DNA from: Tubulanus polymorphus
Taxonomy: Eukaryota; Animalia; Nemertea
Assembly (NCBI RefSeq): GCF_964204645.1
Contig: NC_134032.1
Span: 9,784,275 to 9,848,274 of the forward strand
DNA: 64,000 nucleotides
Direction of reading: 5' to 3'
Positions 1 to 9,600 of the stretch are shown piece after piece. A model generated the notes under the pieces. That model ran no database searches and was not told where the DNA came from. It saw only the letters and a program-made list of their open reading frames with translations. The translations under genes and the position numbers were made by a program. The first letter of the stretch is position 1. Every line of letters begins with the position of its first letter.

Positions 1-1022
1 TGATTAATGTTACAATTTTCAAATGATTTTACTTTTTCATTCATAAAATGTTTTTTAATTTCTACCCATTGATCTATCATTCTCATTCCTTGACAAAATA
101 TTTTATTCGCTATTCCTTCGATAGTTATTTCTACTTTTGTTATTTCAGGATTATAATAATTATCAACATTTATTGCACCATTAGTATACGTTCCAATAGT
201 AAAAAATATTAATATACCTTTAATAGATCTTCTAGGAAAGTTAATATTCTCATTTATTATTTCATCATTTGCATTAATAGTAACAGTTTTAAATTTATCA
301 ATATAATCATATAATAATGAAAACCCTTGATTGTATTTAGTTTGAATTATACTTGAAATATTTTCATCAGTTACTGTATCATATTCTAAACATATATTCG
401 ATAATTTATAACTCATATCTTTATTAACACTAGATATTACAATTTCATTTACAGGAGCAAATGTTATTTCGAATATAATATCTTCTTGAATTGCGTATTT
501 ATATAAAGGTGCATTATTATTTATCAATTCAAAGTCTAATGGAATTTTATATTTGCTTCCATATATACTTTTAATCAATTTATCTACATCATTAGTTAAT
601 ATTGCGCTATTAGCTTCTGATCTTAATTTATTTTGGTTTTCTGATTGAATTCCTTGAAATATCATATTATTTCTATTTTCTTTAGTTAACCACAAATCTT
701 TATAATGCATAAATAAATTATAATCATCTAATGAGAAAACTGTTTCTGGACCAATCTTTATTGTTAACTTTTTAATCAAATATCTTCCAACATTATCAAC
801 GACATAATTATTATTATTACCGATTACTTTTATATCAGCTGATAAATAAATACTGTTTGGAACATAAAAAGTATTTTGTGTTAATCTAGGAATTCTAACG
901 TATAAAGTTTCATCGGGATTGATATTAGAAGGGTTATGAGTAATTATATGATGTGATCTTTCTGCTTTAATAGCATTAGATATTCTATGATTCTTAGAAG
1001 GATTGATATAACTCCCACTCAT
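1..1022 (-). CDS. Putative double jelly-roll major capsid protein (3' end runs off the window)
   Basis: Not in the ORF track. Manual translation from ATG at 1022 is open to position 1: MSGSYINPSKNHRISNAIKAERSHHIITHNPSNINPDETLYVRIPRLTQNTFYVPNSIYLSADIKV...NVGRYLIKKLTIKIG...YKLSNICLEYD...NFPRRSIKGILIFF...YNPEITKVEITIEG. Alternating beta-strand pattern typical of Polinton/PLV MCPs. Confidence 0.75.
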   Translation of the reverse strand, partial: MSGSYINPSKNHRISNAIKAERSHHIITHNPSNINPDETLYVRIPRLTQNTFYVPNSIYLSADIKVIGNNNNYVVDNVGRYLIKKLTIKIGPETVFSLDDYNLFMHYKDLWLTKENRNNMIFQGIQSENQNKLRSEANSAILTNDVDKLIKSIYGSKYKIPLDFELINNNAPLYKYAIQEDIIFEITFAPVNEIVISSVNKDMSYKLSNICLEYDTVTDENISSIIQTKYNQGFSLLYDYIDKFKTVTINANDEIINENINFPRRSIKGILIFFTIGTYTNGAINVDNYYNPEITKVEITIEGIANKIFCQGMRMIDQWVEIKKHFMNEKVKSFENCNIN

Positions 1023-1046
1023 TTATTTAACAAAAAAATTAATTAT

Positions 1047-2611
1047 TTATTTTTTGATATTTTTTGATATCATATTTACTAAACCAAAAATAATAGCACT
1101 TACAACTGTAATTAAAAATAAAATAATATGTTCAGCAGCAAAGTTAATAATGTTTCCTGCAGATTTCAATATAAAACCAACAATTGAAGCAATAACTCCT
1201 GGTAAAGCTGCAGCAGATTTCTTTGATAGTTCCCATAAATATTTTGCTAATTTCTTTAAACCATCTTTAACTTTATCTTGTATAGAATTATTACCTGGAG
1301 GTTTATCTGGTTTATTGGGAGTAGGAGTAGATTTTAAAGCATTTGATATTGCTAAACCAATTGTTGTAAATACCATAGTTACAGCTGTTAGAATTGAAAG
1401 AATTGTTATTCCTTCTAATTCAAATAATAACTTTATTCTGTCTTTTAATGATATTTCAGAATTTGGTTTAATCAACAAATCTTTAAAAATAACTTTTAAT
1501 CTATTAATATTATAATCATATGATTTTAATAATAATTTAATTTCTTCTTTTTGTAATTCTATGTTATATTCTAAATCATCTTTTTCTTTTTCTAAATATG
1601 CATTTCTTTTTTTAAATTCAATTTCTTCAATAACTTTATTATCTCTATCTAATTTTAATTGTTCAATTTCTTTTCTTGATTTTAATAATTCATCTTCTAA
1701 AGTTCTAATTTTTAAATCTCTTATACTTTTATCATGCGCAATTTTTTCAGATGCAAGTCTTATACTAATAATTTCTCTAATTGCTTTATCAGAAAATATA
1801 TCTAAATCTTCTAATTCTTGATCTGTTGCATCAAGTAACCCATTCGGTAAAAGTTTTCAATTGGAACTTTATTTGATTTAGGTTTACTAGTTTTGGAAGT
1901 TTTATTCAGTAAGTTATCTAAACGTTTTTCTAATTGTGATTGACTTAAATCATTATCAATTTGTTGAGTGTCTCTTCTCGATGTTTCCGGTGTTGAAGAT
2001 CTTAATTTATCTCTATTCTCTTCCATTTCTGTTTCTAAATTATTATCGATTGTTTCAAATAATTTATTAATTCTTTGTTTAAATACTCTTTCATTTTTAA
2101 TAATTTCTTCTTGTGTTACATCTTCTGGTTCATTACTATTTCTTATTCTTTTAATTCTAGATAGGTTTAACTTAAGCAAAGTTGATTCTGCTAATATTTT
2201 TTCTTGTTTTTTATAAGAGATATCAATATAATAATCATCTTTCAAACGATAATAATATTCACCATCTAAAAATTTTAATTCTCTTATTAAATATCTGGCA
2301 CCTCTATCATTTATATTATATCCAGAATTTTCAAATACATGTTTGAAATTATAAATATATTCATTATATTCTAAATTTTGTTTTACTAAATCTGGATTTT
2401 CATTTTCAGGATTTATTCTCGATCTAGTTCTTCTATCAAATTCATCTGTTGATTGACCTTTAGAACCACTATCTGCTAAATTAGAATTATATGCTGATTC
2501 ATCATTATTATCAATATTAGTTTCTGCATCATTATAATCATCATCAATATATCCTTCATTATCATTTCCCATTTCTCCCATTTCATAATCTTCTACACCT
2601 TCTACTTCCAT
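1047..2611 (-). CDS. Acidic/coiled-coil protein with C-terminal membrane helices (~521 aa), split by a -1 frameshift near 1815-1858
   Basis: The 266-aa ORF (2611-1811) overlaps an ATG-less open frame from ~1858 to 1047 (LPNGLLDATDQELEDLDIFSDKAIREII...RLKVIFKDLLIKPNSE...) that includes the 143-aa hydrophobic ORF. Only the 2611 start has the element's promoter motif. Confidence 0.7.
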
Positions 2612-2627
2612 TTACATAATAAAAAAA

Positions 2628-4016
2628 TTAAAATTTAAAATATAATATTCCTCCGATTACAATTCCTATACAAGTTATAGCTAATTTAGTATTTTCATGG
2701 GATTTATTATCATCATTTAGTTTAATTATATCATGTTGAATATTATCAGTTTCAATATCTTCTGATGTATTGTAATCTTTTATTTTAGAATCATTATTTA
2801 ATTTAATATTCTTAGTTTTAGTTTCAGTTGATTGAATATGTTTTTTATTTTTTTCACCTTCCATTAATTTTGGAGCAGTAATAATCTTTTTATTTATATC
2901 ATTTAATCCAAATGAATTATTTATTGTTGCAGTTTTAATTAGATTATTATAACCAATTATGTTTCCCATCTTTAATACTAAATCATTAGAAATAATTAAT
3001 AGATTAGGGCCTATACAATAATTAAGTCTTACATGAGATTTATCTAAATAATTTTGATATCTTATAATGTTTTCTGGAATCGATCTATTTTTATCATTAT
3101 GTATGGAATCTTCAAATAAAACTTTAAACTGTTTTTGTGTATCGAATGATGTATTCAAATTTCCAATTATCGGTGATCTTGTTTCAACTTGTGATCCTAA
3201 AATACAAATCAAATAAGTTCTAATAGATTGATTTATTCTTTCTATACCTGATTTAGTAAAACCTTCACTATTTTCTAAAATAAAATAAACCCAACCATTA
3301 TTGTTTTCTTGTTTTAAATTATCATAAAATTTCGGTAATTTATTGAAATTTAATGTTTCTAAATCCTTTGTTTCTATTTTACCATAACCTAATTTTTTAT
3401 TATAGATATTATAAAAACTATTAGATGGTATGGGAAGTGCACAATATTCTGCAATCTTTTTAGGGCAAGGAAGTGATCTTATTGTTCCAATTTTTGTTCT
3501 AAAATCAGAATTATTTATATCTATATTAAATTCATTGCAAATTTTATAAAACTTAGATAAATTAATATTATTATCCAATTCTTTAAAATATCTAGATCCT
3601 GGTAAAGCACACTCTAATTCATTTAATATTATTCTGATTTGAAAGTATGTATGAAATCTAAATAAACTTTGAATTAGTTTATATTTAGAATTATTCAAAT
3701 GATCATTCCAACTAATTCCACATCCTGTTGTTGCACAATAAACAGCAAAATTTAATTGGTTCTGCCAATACTTCATATTAGATTTTAATAACCATTGTTT
3801 TTCATCTTTCAATTTTTTAAAATTAATTAAATATACATGAAATATATTTTCCATCTTTGCATTAAAATTATTAGTTTCAGTAACATAAATTTCTAAATTA
3901 GTTAGTGAATCTAAAACTTCATTTCTATATGTAATATCTTTATTAAAATCTATTGCTGGAATATTATATTTAATTGATTTATTATATCGGAAAGTTTTTG
4001 GAAAACTATCTACCAT
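2628..4016 (-). CDS. 462-aa viral protein with C-terminal transmembrane anchor, no signal peptide
   Basis: Intact ORF with a conserved-looking block WQNQLNFAVYCATTGCGIS, a low-complexity linker, then LAITCIGIVIGGILYFKF at the C terminus. Confidence 0.8.
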   Translation of the reverse strand: MVDSFPKTFRYNKSIKYNIPAIDFNKDITYRNEVLDSLTNLEIYVTETNNFNAKMENIFHVYLINFKKLKDEKQWLLKSNMKYWQNQLNFAVYCATTGCGISWNDHLNNSKYKLIQSLFRFHTYFQIRIILNELECALPGSRYFKELDNNINLSKFYKICNEFNIDINNSDFRTKIGTIRSLPCPKKIAEYCALPIPSNSFYNIYNKKLGYGKIETKDLETLNFNKLPKFYDNLKQENNNGWVYFILENSEGFTKSGIERINQSIRTYLICILGSQVETRSPIIGNLNTSFDTQKQFKVLFEDSIHNDKNRSIPENIIRYQNYLDKSHVRLNYCIGPNLLIISNDLVLKMGNIIGYNNLIKTATINNSFGLNDINKKIITAPKLMEGEKNKKHIQSTETKTKNIKLNNDSKIKDYNTSEDIETDNIQHDIIKLNDDNKSHENTKLAITCIGIVIGGILYFKF

Positions 4017-4033
4017 TTATATAATTAAAAAAA

Positions 4034-4468
4034 TTAATAATTTATTAATTCTTTTAATAATTTATCTTGTTCTTCAACTGTTATATGACCATTTAAACTT
4101 ATTATATAATCTAGTGTATTCTTTAATTTATTTATTTCTTTTATATTAGTTTTGATTTTTTCTTTATTACTTTTTATATTTAATTTTGAACTTATACCAG
4201 TTAAAACACTTGAACTTAATCCTAACACACCAATTGATATAGCTAAAGGTGTTAATGGACTGAATATTGCTAGAAATGTTATTACAGAACTAATTGTAAC
4301 CGAACCACTTATAATCAAATAATATATAATTTTACTTTTTAAATATTTTTTCTTTTTTATCTTTAAGTCACTTTCAAATTCTAATATTTGTTTTTCTAAA
4401 TATGTTTTTAATTTAGTTTTATTTATATCATGAGGAATAATATCAATACTATCAACTTTATCTTCCAT
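4034..4468 (-). CDS. 144-aa two-TM membrane protein flanked by coiled coils
   Basis: Hydrophobic hairpin IIYYLIISGSVTISSVITFLAIF / LAISIGVLGLSSSVLTGI. Promoter motif at start. Confidence 0.8.
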   Translation of the reverse strand: MEDKVDSIDIIPHDINKTKLKTYLEKQILEFESDLKIKKKKYLKSKIIYYLIISGSVTISSVITFLAIFSPLTPLAISIGVLGLSSSVLTGISSKLNIKSNKEKIKTNIKEINKLKNTLDYIISLNGHITVEEQDKLLKELINY

Positions 4469-4488
4469 TTATTTAGCAAAAAAAATTA

Positions 4489-4914
4489 CTAATTAGTAAA
4501 CTTATAAGCAACAAATATAACAATAACTGTTCCACCTAAAATCCATATTATTTCATATTTCTGTTGTTCTTTACTTGGGGTATAATAATCTGATAATTTA
4601 GGTTTGTATAGATGTAATTTTTCTTTATTGGTTACCGCGTTATATAAACTCATTGCATCATCAACTGATTGAAAATCTCTATGTGAAATCTTCTGATCAT
4701 ATAATTCTTTATTGATGTAATCCATATAGTTGTTTTGTCTCTTTTCTCTATATTCTTCTGCAGCTTTATTGTATTTCTCTAACGCTAAGTTATGTCTTCT
4801 TTGTTCTCCTAATGAACTATTTTTATCAATATGCTTAAATAAATAACCACCACCAGTAAATGCTAAAGCGTTAACAATTGCTGATCCTATAATAGTTATA
4901 ATTGCAGAAGCCAT
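4489..4914 (-). CDS. 141-aa membrane protein (N- and C-terminal hydrophobic segments, ExxRxNxxxE motif)
   Basis: MASAIITIIGSAIVNALAFTGGGYLF...EQRRHNLALE...IIWILGGTVIVIFVAYKF. Confidence 0.8.
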   Translation of the reverse strand: MASAIITIIGSAIVNALAFTGGGYLFKHIDKNSSLGEQRRHNLALEKYNKAAEEYREKRQNNYMDYINKELYDQKISHRDFQSVDDAMSLYNAVTNKEKLHLYKPKLSDYYTPSKEQQKYEIIWILGGTVIVIFVAYKFTN

Positions 4915-4939
4915 TTATTTAGCAAAAAAAATTATGCAT

Positions 4940-5161
4940 TTATATGGGAGGAATATATTTTTGTTTTTCCAAATAATCAATAGTTAAATTAGATAAAGTA
5001 ACTGCTAATGTTAACTTTAAAATATCATTTATATCAAATCTATCAACATTAACACTTCCCATTTTGAATACTTTTTTTAATACCATTGAATAACCAACAG
5101 TTCCAACTGATAGTAATGCGCCATTATATAATCCAGTTATTATCCACTTATTATCACTCAT
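4940..5161 (-). CDS. 73-aa small hydrophobic protein
   Basis: Intact ORF in the operon-like array, with promoter motif and two moderately hydrophobic segments. Confidence 0.7.
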   Translation of the reverse strand: MSDNKWIITGLYNGALLSVGTVGYSMVLKKVFKMGSVNVDRFDINDILKLTLAVTLSNLTIDYLEKQKYIPPI

Positions 5162-5518
5162 TTATTTATCAAAAAAATTACTATCATCAAAATATTTAGT
5201 TATCTTAGTGATGATTATTTCAACATTTATTTTATTACTAGTTTCATTTGTATATATTTCAATTATTATTTTTTTAATATCATCGATTATAAAATCTTCA
5301 TCTAATTCATAAAATCTTAAAGATTCTCTAATTAAATTAGTAATCTTTTCTACATTTAAAGTTTCTTTATCAATTGTTGTTTCATACTCAAATGTTGTTT
5401 CATTAGAAAATACAATATTTTTGATATGTGTTATTACATCATTAATATTAAATTTCATCTCTTTCTCACGTTTAAAATCAAATCCAAAACATATACTCGG
5501 TCCAACAGTTATATTCAT
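5162..5518 (-). CDS. 118-aa hypothetical viral protein
   Basis: Intact ORF abutting its neighbours, with promoter motif at start. Confidence 0.7.
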   Translation of the reverse strand: MNITVGPSICFGFDFKREKEMKFNINDVITHIKNIVFSNETTFEYETTIDKETLNVEKITNLIRESLRFYELDEDFIIDDIKKIIIEIYTNETSNKINVEIIITKITKYFDDSNFFDK

Positions 5519-5534
5519 TTATATATCAAAAAAA

Positions 5535-6290
5535 TTACTCTCTACATCTTATAACTAATTCATATATCACAGGAAAGTTATTTAAATCAATTAAGTATCC
5601 ATTATGATTTCTTATTTCTAATTTAAAATTATTAAATTTAGGAATGCAAGGTTTAAAATCACATTCTGTTAAATTATAATTTATTTGAGTTCCAAATTGT
5701 TTAACATTTTTTAGCGGTAAAATATTTAGTATACTAGAACTACAAATTGTTTCTTTAGTTGCTTCGAAAGTTTTTGTAGGCTCGATTAAATTGCAATAAA
5801 TATAAACGTGTGTAAAAGGTATTATATTTGAGCTGCCTTCTGCGTTTCCAGTAACTGTAAGTGGTTTAATTCCTAACATTTTAGCCAGTGGTTTGTTTAC
5901 CATAAATTTATGTTGTTCATTAGATATCTTTATTCTAATTTTATTAGTACTATCAATTTTATTAAATTTAATTTCAAATACAGAAGTGCCCCCGATTTTC
6001 AACCGAGCTCTTCTATTAATTTCCTGCGCTAATGATTCTAAATTATATAATCCTGGTTTTAAAAATATATGAAACCATTTATCTTTATTTCTCATATAAA
6101 TCATAAACCCTCTATGTTCAAAAGTTTTATCCGATATATTATAAAAAGAATTACATAAACTTATATTTACTAATTTTAAATCAACACAATTTTTGAATTC
6201 TCTGTCTAATTGTACTAATAAATTATGTGATTTATAATTTGTAAGTTTTCTAGAATCAACAAATATTCTGTATTCTTTTAATTCCGCCAT
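5535..6290 (-). CDS. Minor capsid (penton) protein, single jelly roll
   Basis: Penton-type motifs IFVDSR, ISLCNSFYNI, PGLYNLESL, VYIYCNLI, ILNILPL, LEIRNHNGYLIDLNN. Confidence 0.75.
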   Translation of the reverse strand: MAELKEYRIFVDSRKLTNYKSHNLLVQLDREFKNCVDLKLVNISLCNSFYNISDKTFEHRGFMIYMRNKDKWFHIFLKPGLYNLESLAQEINRRARLKIGGTSVFEIKFNKIDSTNKIRIKISNEQHKFMVNKPLAKMLGIKPLTVTGNAEGSSNIIPFTHVYIYCNLIEPTKTFEATKETICSSSILNILPLKNVKQFGTQINYNLTECDFKPCIPKFNNFKLEIRNHNGYLIDLNNFPVIYELVIRCRE

Positions 6291-6307
6291 TTATTTTACA
6301 TATTTTC

Positions 6308-6649
6308 TTATTCGAAATCTATTTCATTATGTCCTTTTTCATTCTTACCTTTGTATACAAAATAGAAATCACCAGAACATAATTCTTCTAGATCTTCACT
6401 TGATAATCTATGAAATCTATCTGGTAAATAAGTTCTGAATTTATATTTATTTCCTTTTAATCCTTCATATTCTAAATGAATTACTAATTTATCTCCATAT
6501 TTATTAGTAATTGTTTCAATGTTAGTAATTAAATATTTCTTGTGAATTGTTAACTCAGTTAGTTTTTTAAATTTATAATCTACAGATTTGACGCTTGAAG
6601 TATCTTTAATTCTATCTAAGAATTCACTGTGTACTTGTTTACTCTCCAT
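6308..6649 (-). CDS. 113-aa hypothetical protein next to pPolB (candidate OB-fold/ssDNA-binding, unverified)
   Basis: Intact ORF, short beta-rich protein (TNKYGDKLVIHLE, FRTYLPDRF). Shares an upstream motif with pPolB. Confidence 0.7.
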   Translation of the reverse strand: MESKQVHSEFLDRIKDTSSVKSVDYKFKKLTELTIHKKYLITNIETITNKYGDKLVIHLEYEGLKGNKYKFRTYLPDRFHRLSSEDLEELCSGDFYFVYKGKNEKGHNEIDFE

Positions 6650-6677
6650 TTATTATACAAATTTTTATTGAAATTGA

Positions 6678-9600
6678 TTAACACGTTAGAATCCTTTTCA
6701 TAATCTCATTTTCTTTTGTTTCTTCTCTTTTGAATTTTATATATTCATCTAAATTGCAACCATAGGCGACTGTGTGGATTCCATCATCTAAAATATATCT
6801 TTTATCATCAAATGGGTTTAGACTTATCTTCTCTATCTCTTCAATATACATTTCATGATCTTCAGATCTTAAACATTTCATTTTATGTTTTCTAACTTCT
6901 TCATTAAATATACAATTGATGTAATCTTTGAAATGAATATTCTTTTCTACTACACTTTTGGTTATTCCTTTTAACTTTTTAGCTTCATGTTCTTCAGTTT
7001 TATATGAATACATTTTAGATCTAATACCAATGAACTCTATCATTTCTTCACCGCCTAATTCATCTTTAAACTTCCCAGGAACTTTTTTATTATCATTGCT
7101 AAATAGTTCATGATTTTTTGGATAGTTACTAAAATCAAAATGGTGTTTTAATATTTTTAAATCATCTTTTATATTATCACTTTTTATCTTTAATATATAA
7201 CTGTCAGTATCAAAATATAATATTTCAATGTGTTTTTCCCCAAAATGGGGTTGCAATACATTATAATAGAATTCATACATCAATAGTTTTGAAATTTCTA
7301 AAACTGCAGCTCCAACATAAATAGGTTTATTGAACTTCATAGAAGTTCTTTTTAATTTAACTGCAGCTAAATTTTCATCGAATATTCTATTCCCTATGAA
7401 TTTCGGATACGATTGCAAATGTCTAATTCTTTTACCATTACTAACTAACTCAATATCATTTCTATTTCTAATATTTTCACATGTTTTTCCATAGAACGCA
7501 TTGTTCATTAGTTTAAAGTAATCTTTTTCAAAATCAGTTTTAGCTTCAGTTCTCTGTGTAGTATTAAAATCTATATATTTTTCTAACCATTTAGATTGAC
7601 TGAATGAAATATATCTATGTACTTTTTTTAGAATCATTCCTTGATTCAAATAAAACTTCAACATTCTATAATGTACTACATAATTATATTTATCTTCTTG
7701 AGTTACCATTAACTTTTCAGTATGAATATGATTATCGGGTTTAATTCTTTTTTGATAATTTGATAATTCTTCATGTTTAACAGTTTTATGTTCGGGACAA
7801 TATGCTAGATTTCTAGATTTGAATTTAATATTTTCAGGGTATTCTAAATCTACAACAAAGAAGTAACCAATATCTGAATCATCTGCAATATCTAGGATTC
7901 TTTTCTTCCAATCAAATTTATCAATTTGTAAAACTTCAGTTATTTCAAACATCCCATAAGGTTGTGGTTCCATCATTGCCCAACCATAAAGGTTATTTGC
8001 ATCTATATATAATAATTTATATCCAGGATTATCATTTACATTGAAATATCTATCACCCAATACACCTGAAACACCTCCTCTTATAGATTTTTCAAATAAT
8101 AGTAATTGATCTATATTTGTTAACAAATCCATTTTTATATCTGTAAATTTTAATCCACAATCCCATGTTAATCCTGGTGATGAATAACAATGACAAGGAT
8201 CAATATTGAAATATTTTAGGTTTACATCTCTAAACCTTTCAAATATATCAGTTAATAATAATACATCTGATTTTAAATATAAATCTACTAATTGTCCATG
8301 ATTTTTAATTTCGAAATGATTCCAAATATTCAATGTTCTATTATAAACTTCATCTTTAACATATTCATTTTTTAATTCATCATAGAATTGTTCTTTCAAT
8401 AATTCAGTTATTTTAAAATCATTATGATTTTTATAGAAAGAATATGGAATTGCTCCTTTATATCTCATTAATTTAAAATCATCATAATTTGGGTAATATT
8501 CTTTTAATATCTTTAATTCATCATCAACTAATGATTTTGATAAGTTATCTAATGAACTATTTAAAAATCTATATGAATCTATAAATCTTAGACAACCAAA
8601 TTGGAATGATATATAATTCTCAGATGTTTTAGCTAACATTCTAAATTTATAAGTTGGTATTTTATCTTTTGATTTATTTGAATTTAATATTTCTATTTCA
8701 TTATTAATTTCTTCTATTTTATGACACAGTTGTTTAATGAATAAATGCGCGTCATACCCCGATAAATTGTGAAATATAATGGGGACAAAATTTACTTTTT
8801 TAGCTTGCAAATTACAATTCTCATGTGCAGCGCCTCTAAATTTACCATTCAAATGGTCATGGTCTCTTACTTTTTTATCTTTATAATTAAATATCTTTTC
8901 ACAATAATAACATTTATCTGCAAACGCAAATACTTCTTTATCTTCTTCTGTCATTATAATTTCTATATTTGTATTCAATAATTTACTAAATCTTATTTCA
9001 TATTCAATTAATAAGTCACAAAAATAATTAATAACATTTTCATTTCTATACTGATAATATTCACTTTCAATTAGTTCTGGATAATCAGATTTAATATATA
9101 ACCCGAAAGCTGCAGCTGATTGATGAATCTTTTTAATAGTATTTGTTATTGGTGGTTCTTCTGAATAATCACTTTCATTAGAATTTAATTTCTTTCTTTT
9201 ATAATATATATCTTTTCTATCTTTATCTGTTAGTTCTTTATTTAATGATTCAAAATCTCCATATATAACAAATGGTACTTTATTTTTGTAATCATATTTT
9301 TTGAATTCTAATATTTTATCTTTTTCATTTGGTAAAACTAATTTACAATAATCATGATTATCACATAGTTGTTTATGATTTAATAATGTACTTTCATTAC
9401 TGAATCTATGTAAACATTTTCTACATAGATATATTTTATGGTGATCATTTTCTGATTTGAAAAATAAATCGATTTGTTTAATCCACATATAATGATTCTC
9501 ATAATATAGTATATCTATAACATCATTTGAATCATAATCTTTTGATAGATATAAAGGTTCTAATGTATAATGTTTAATATTATTTCCTTTTGTATTTGGT

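Larger units (their letters stand above)
1020..5537 (-). promoter_or_regulatory. Seven copies of TAA-T7/8-N6/7-TAAATG (poxvirus late-promoter-like) overlapping start codons
   Basis: Copies at 1020-1041, 2609-2630, 4014-4036, 4466-4488, 4912-4934, 5159-5180 and 5516-5537. TAAATG without the T-run at 6288-6293 and 6647-6652. Confidence 0.8.

Noticed and set aside
1054-2216. Plus-strand ORFs 1054-1515, 1561-1821 and 1968-2216 (also 8769-8981)
   Set aside because: Antisense shadows of the real minus-strand viral genes, with no promoter motif.
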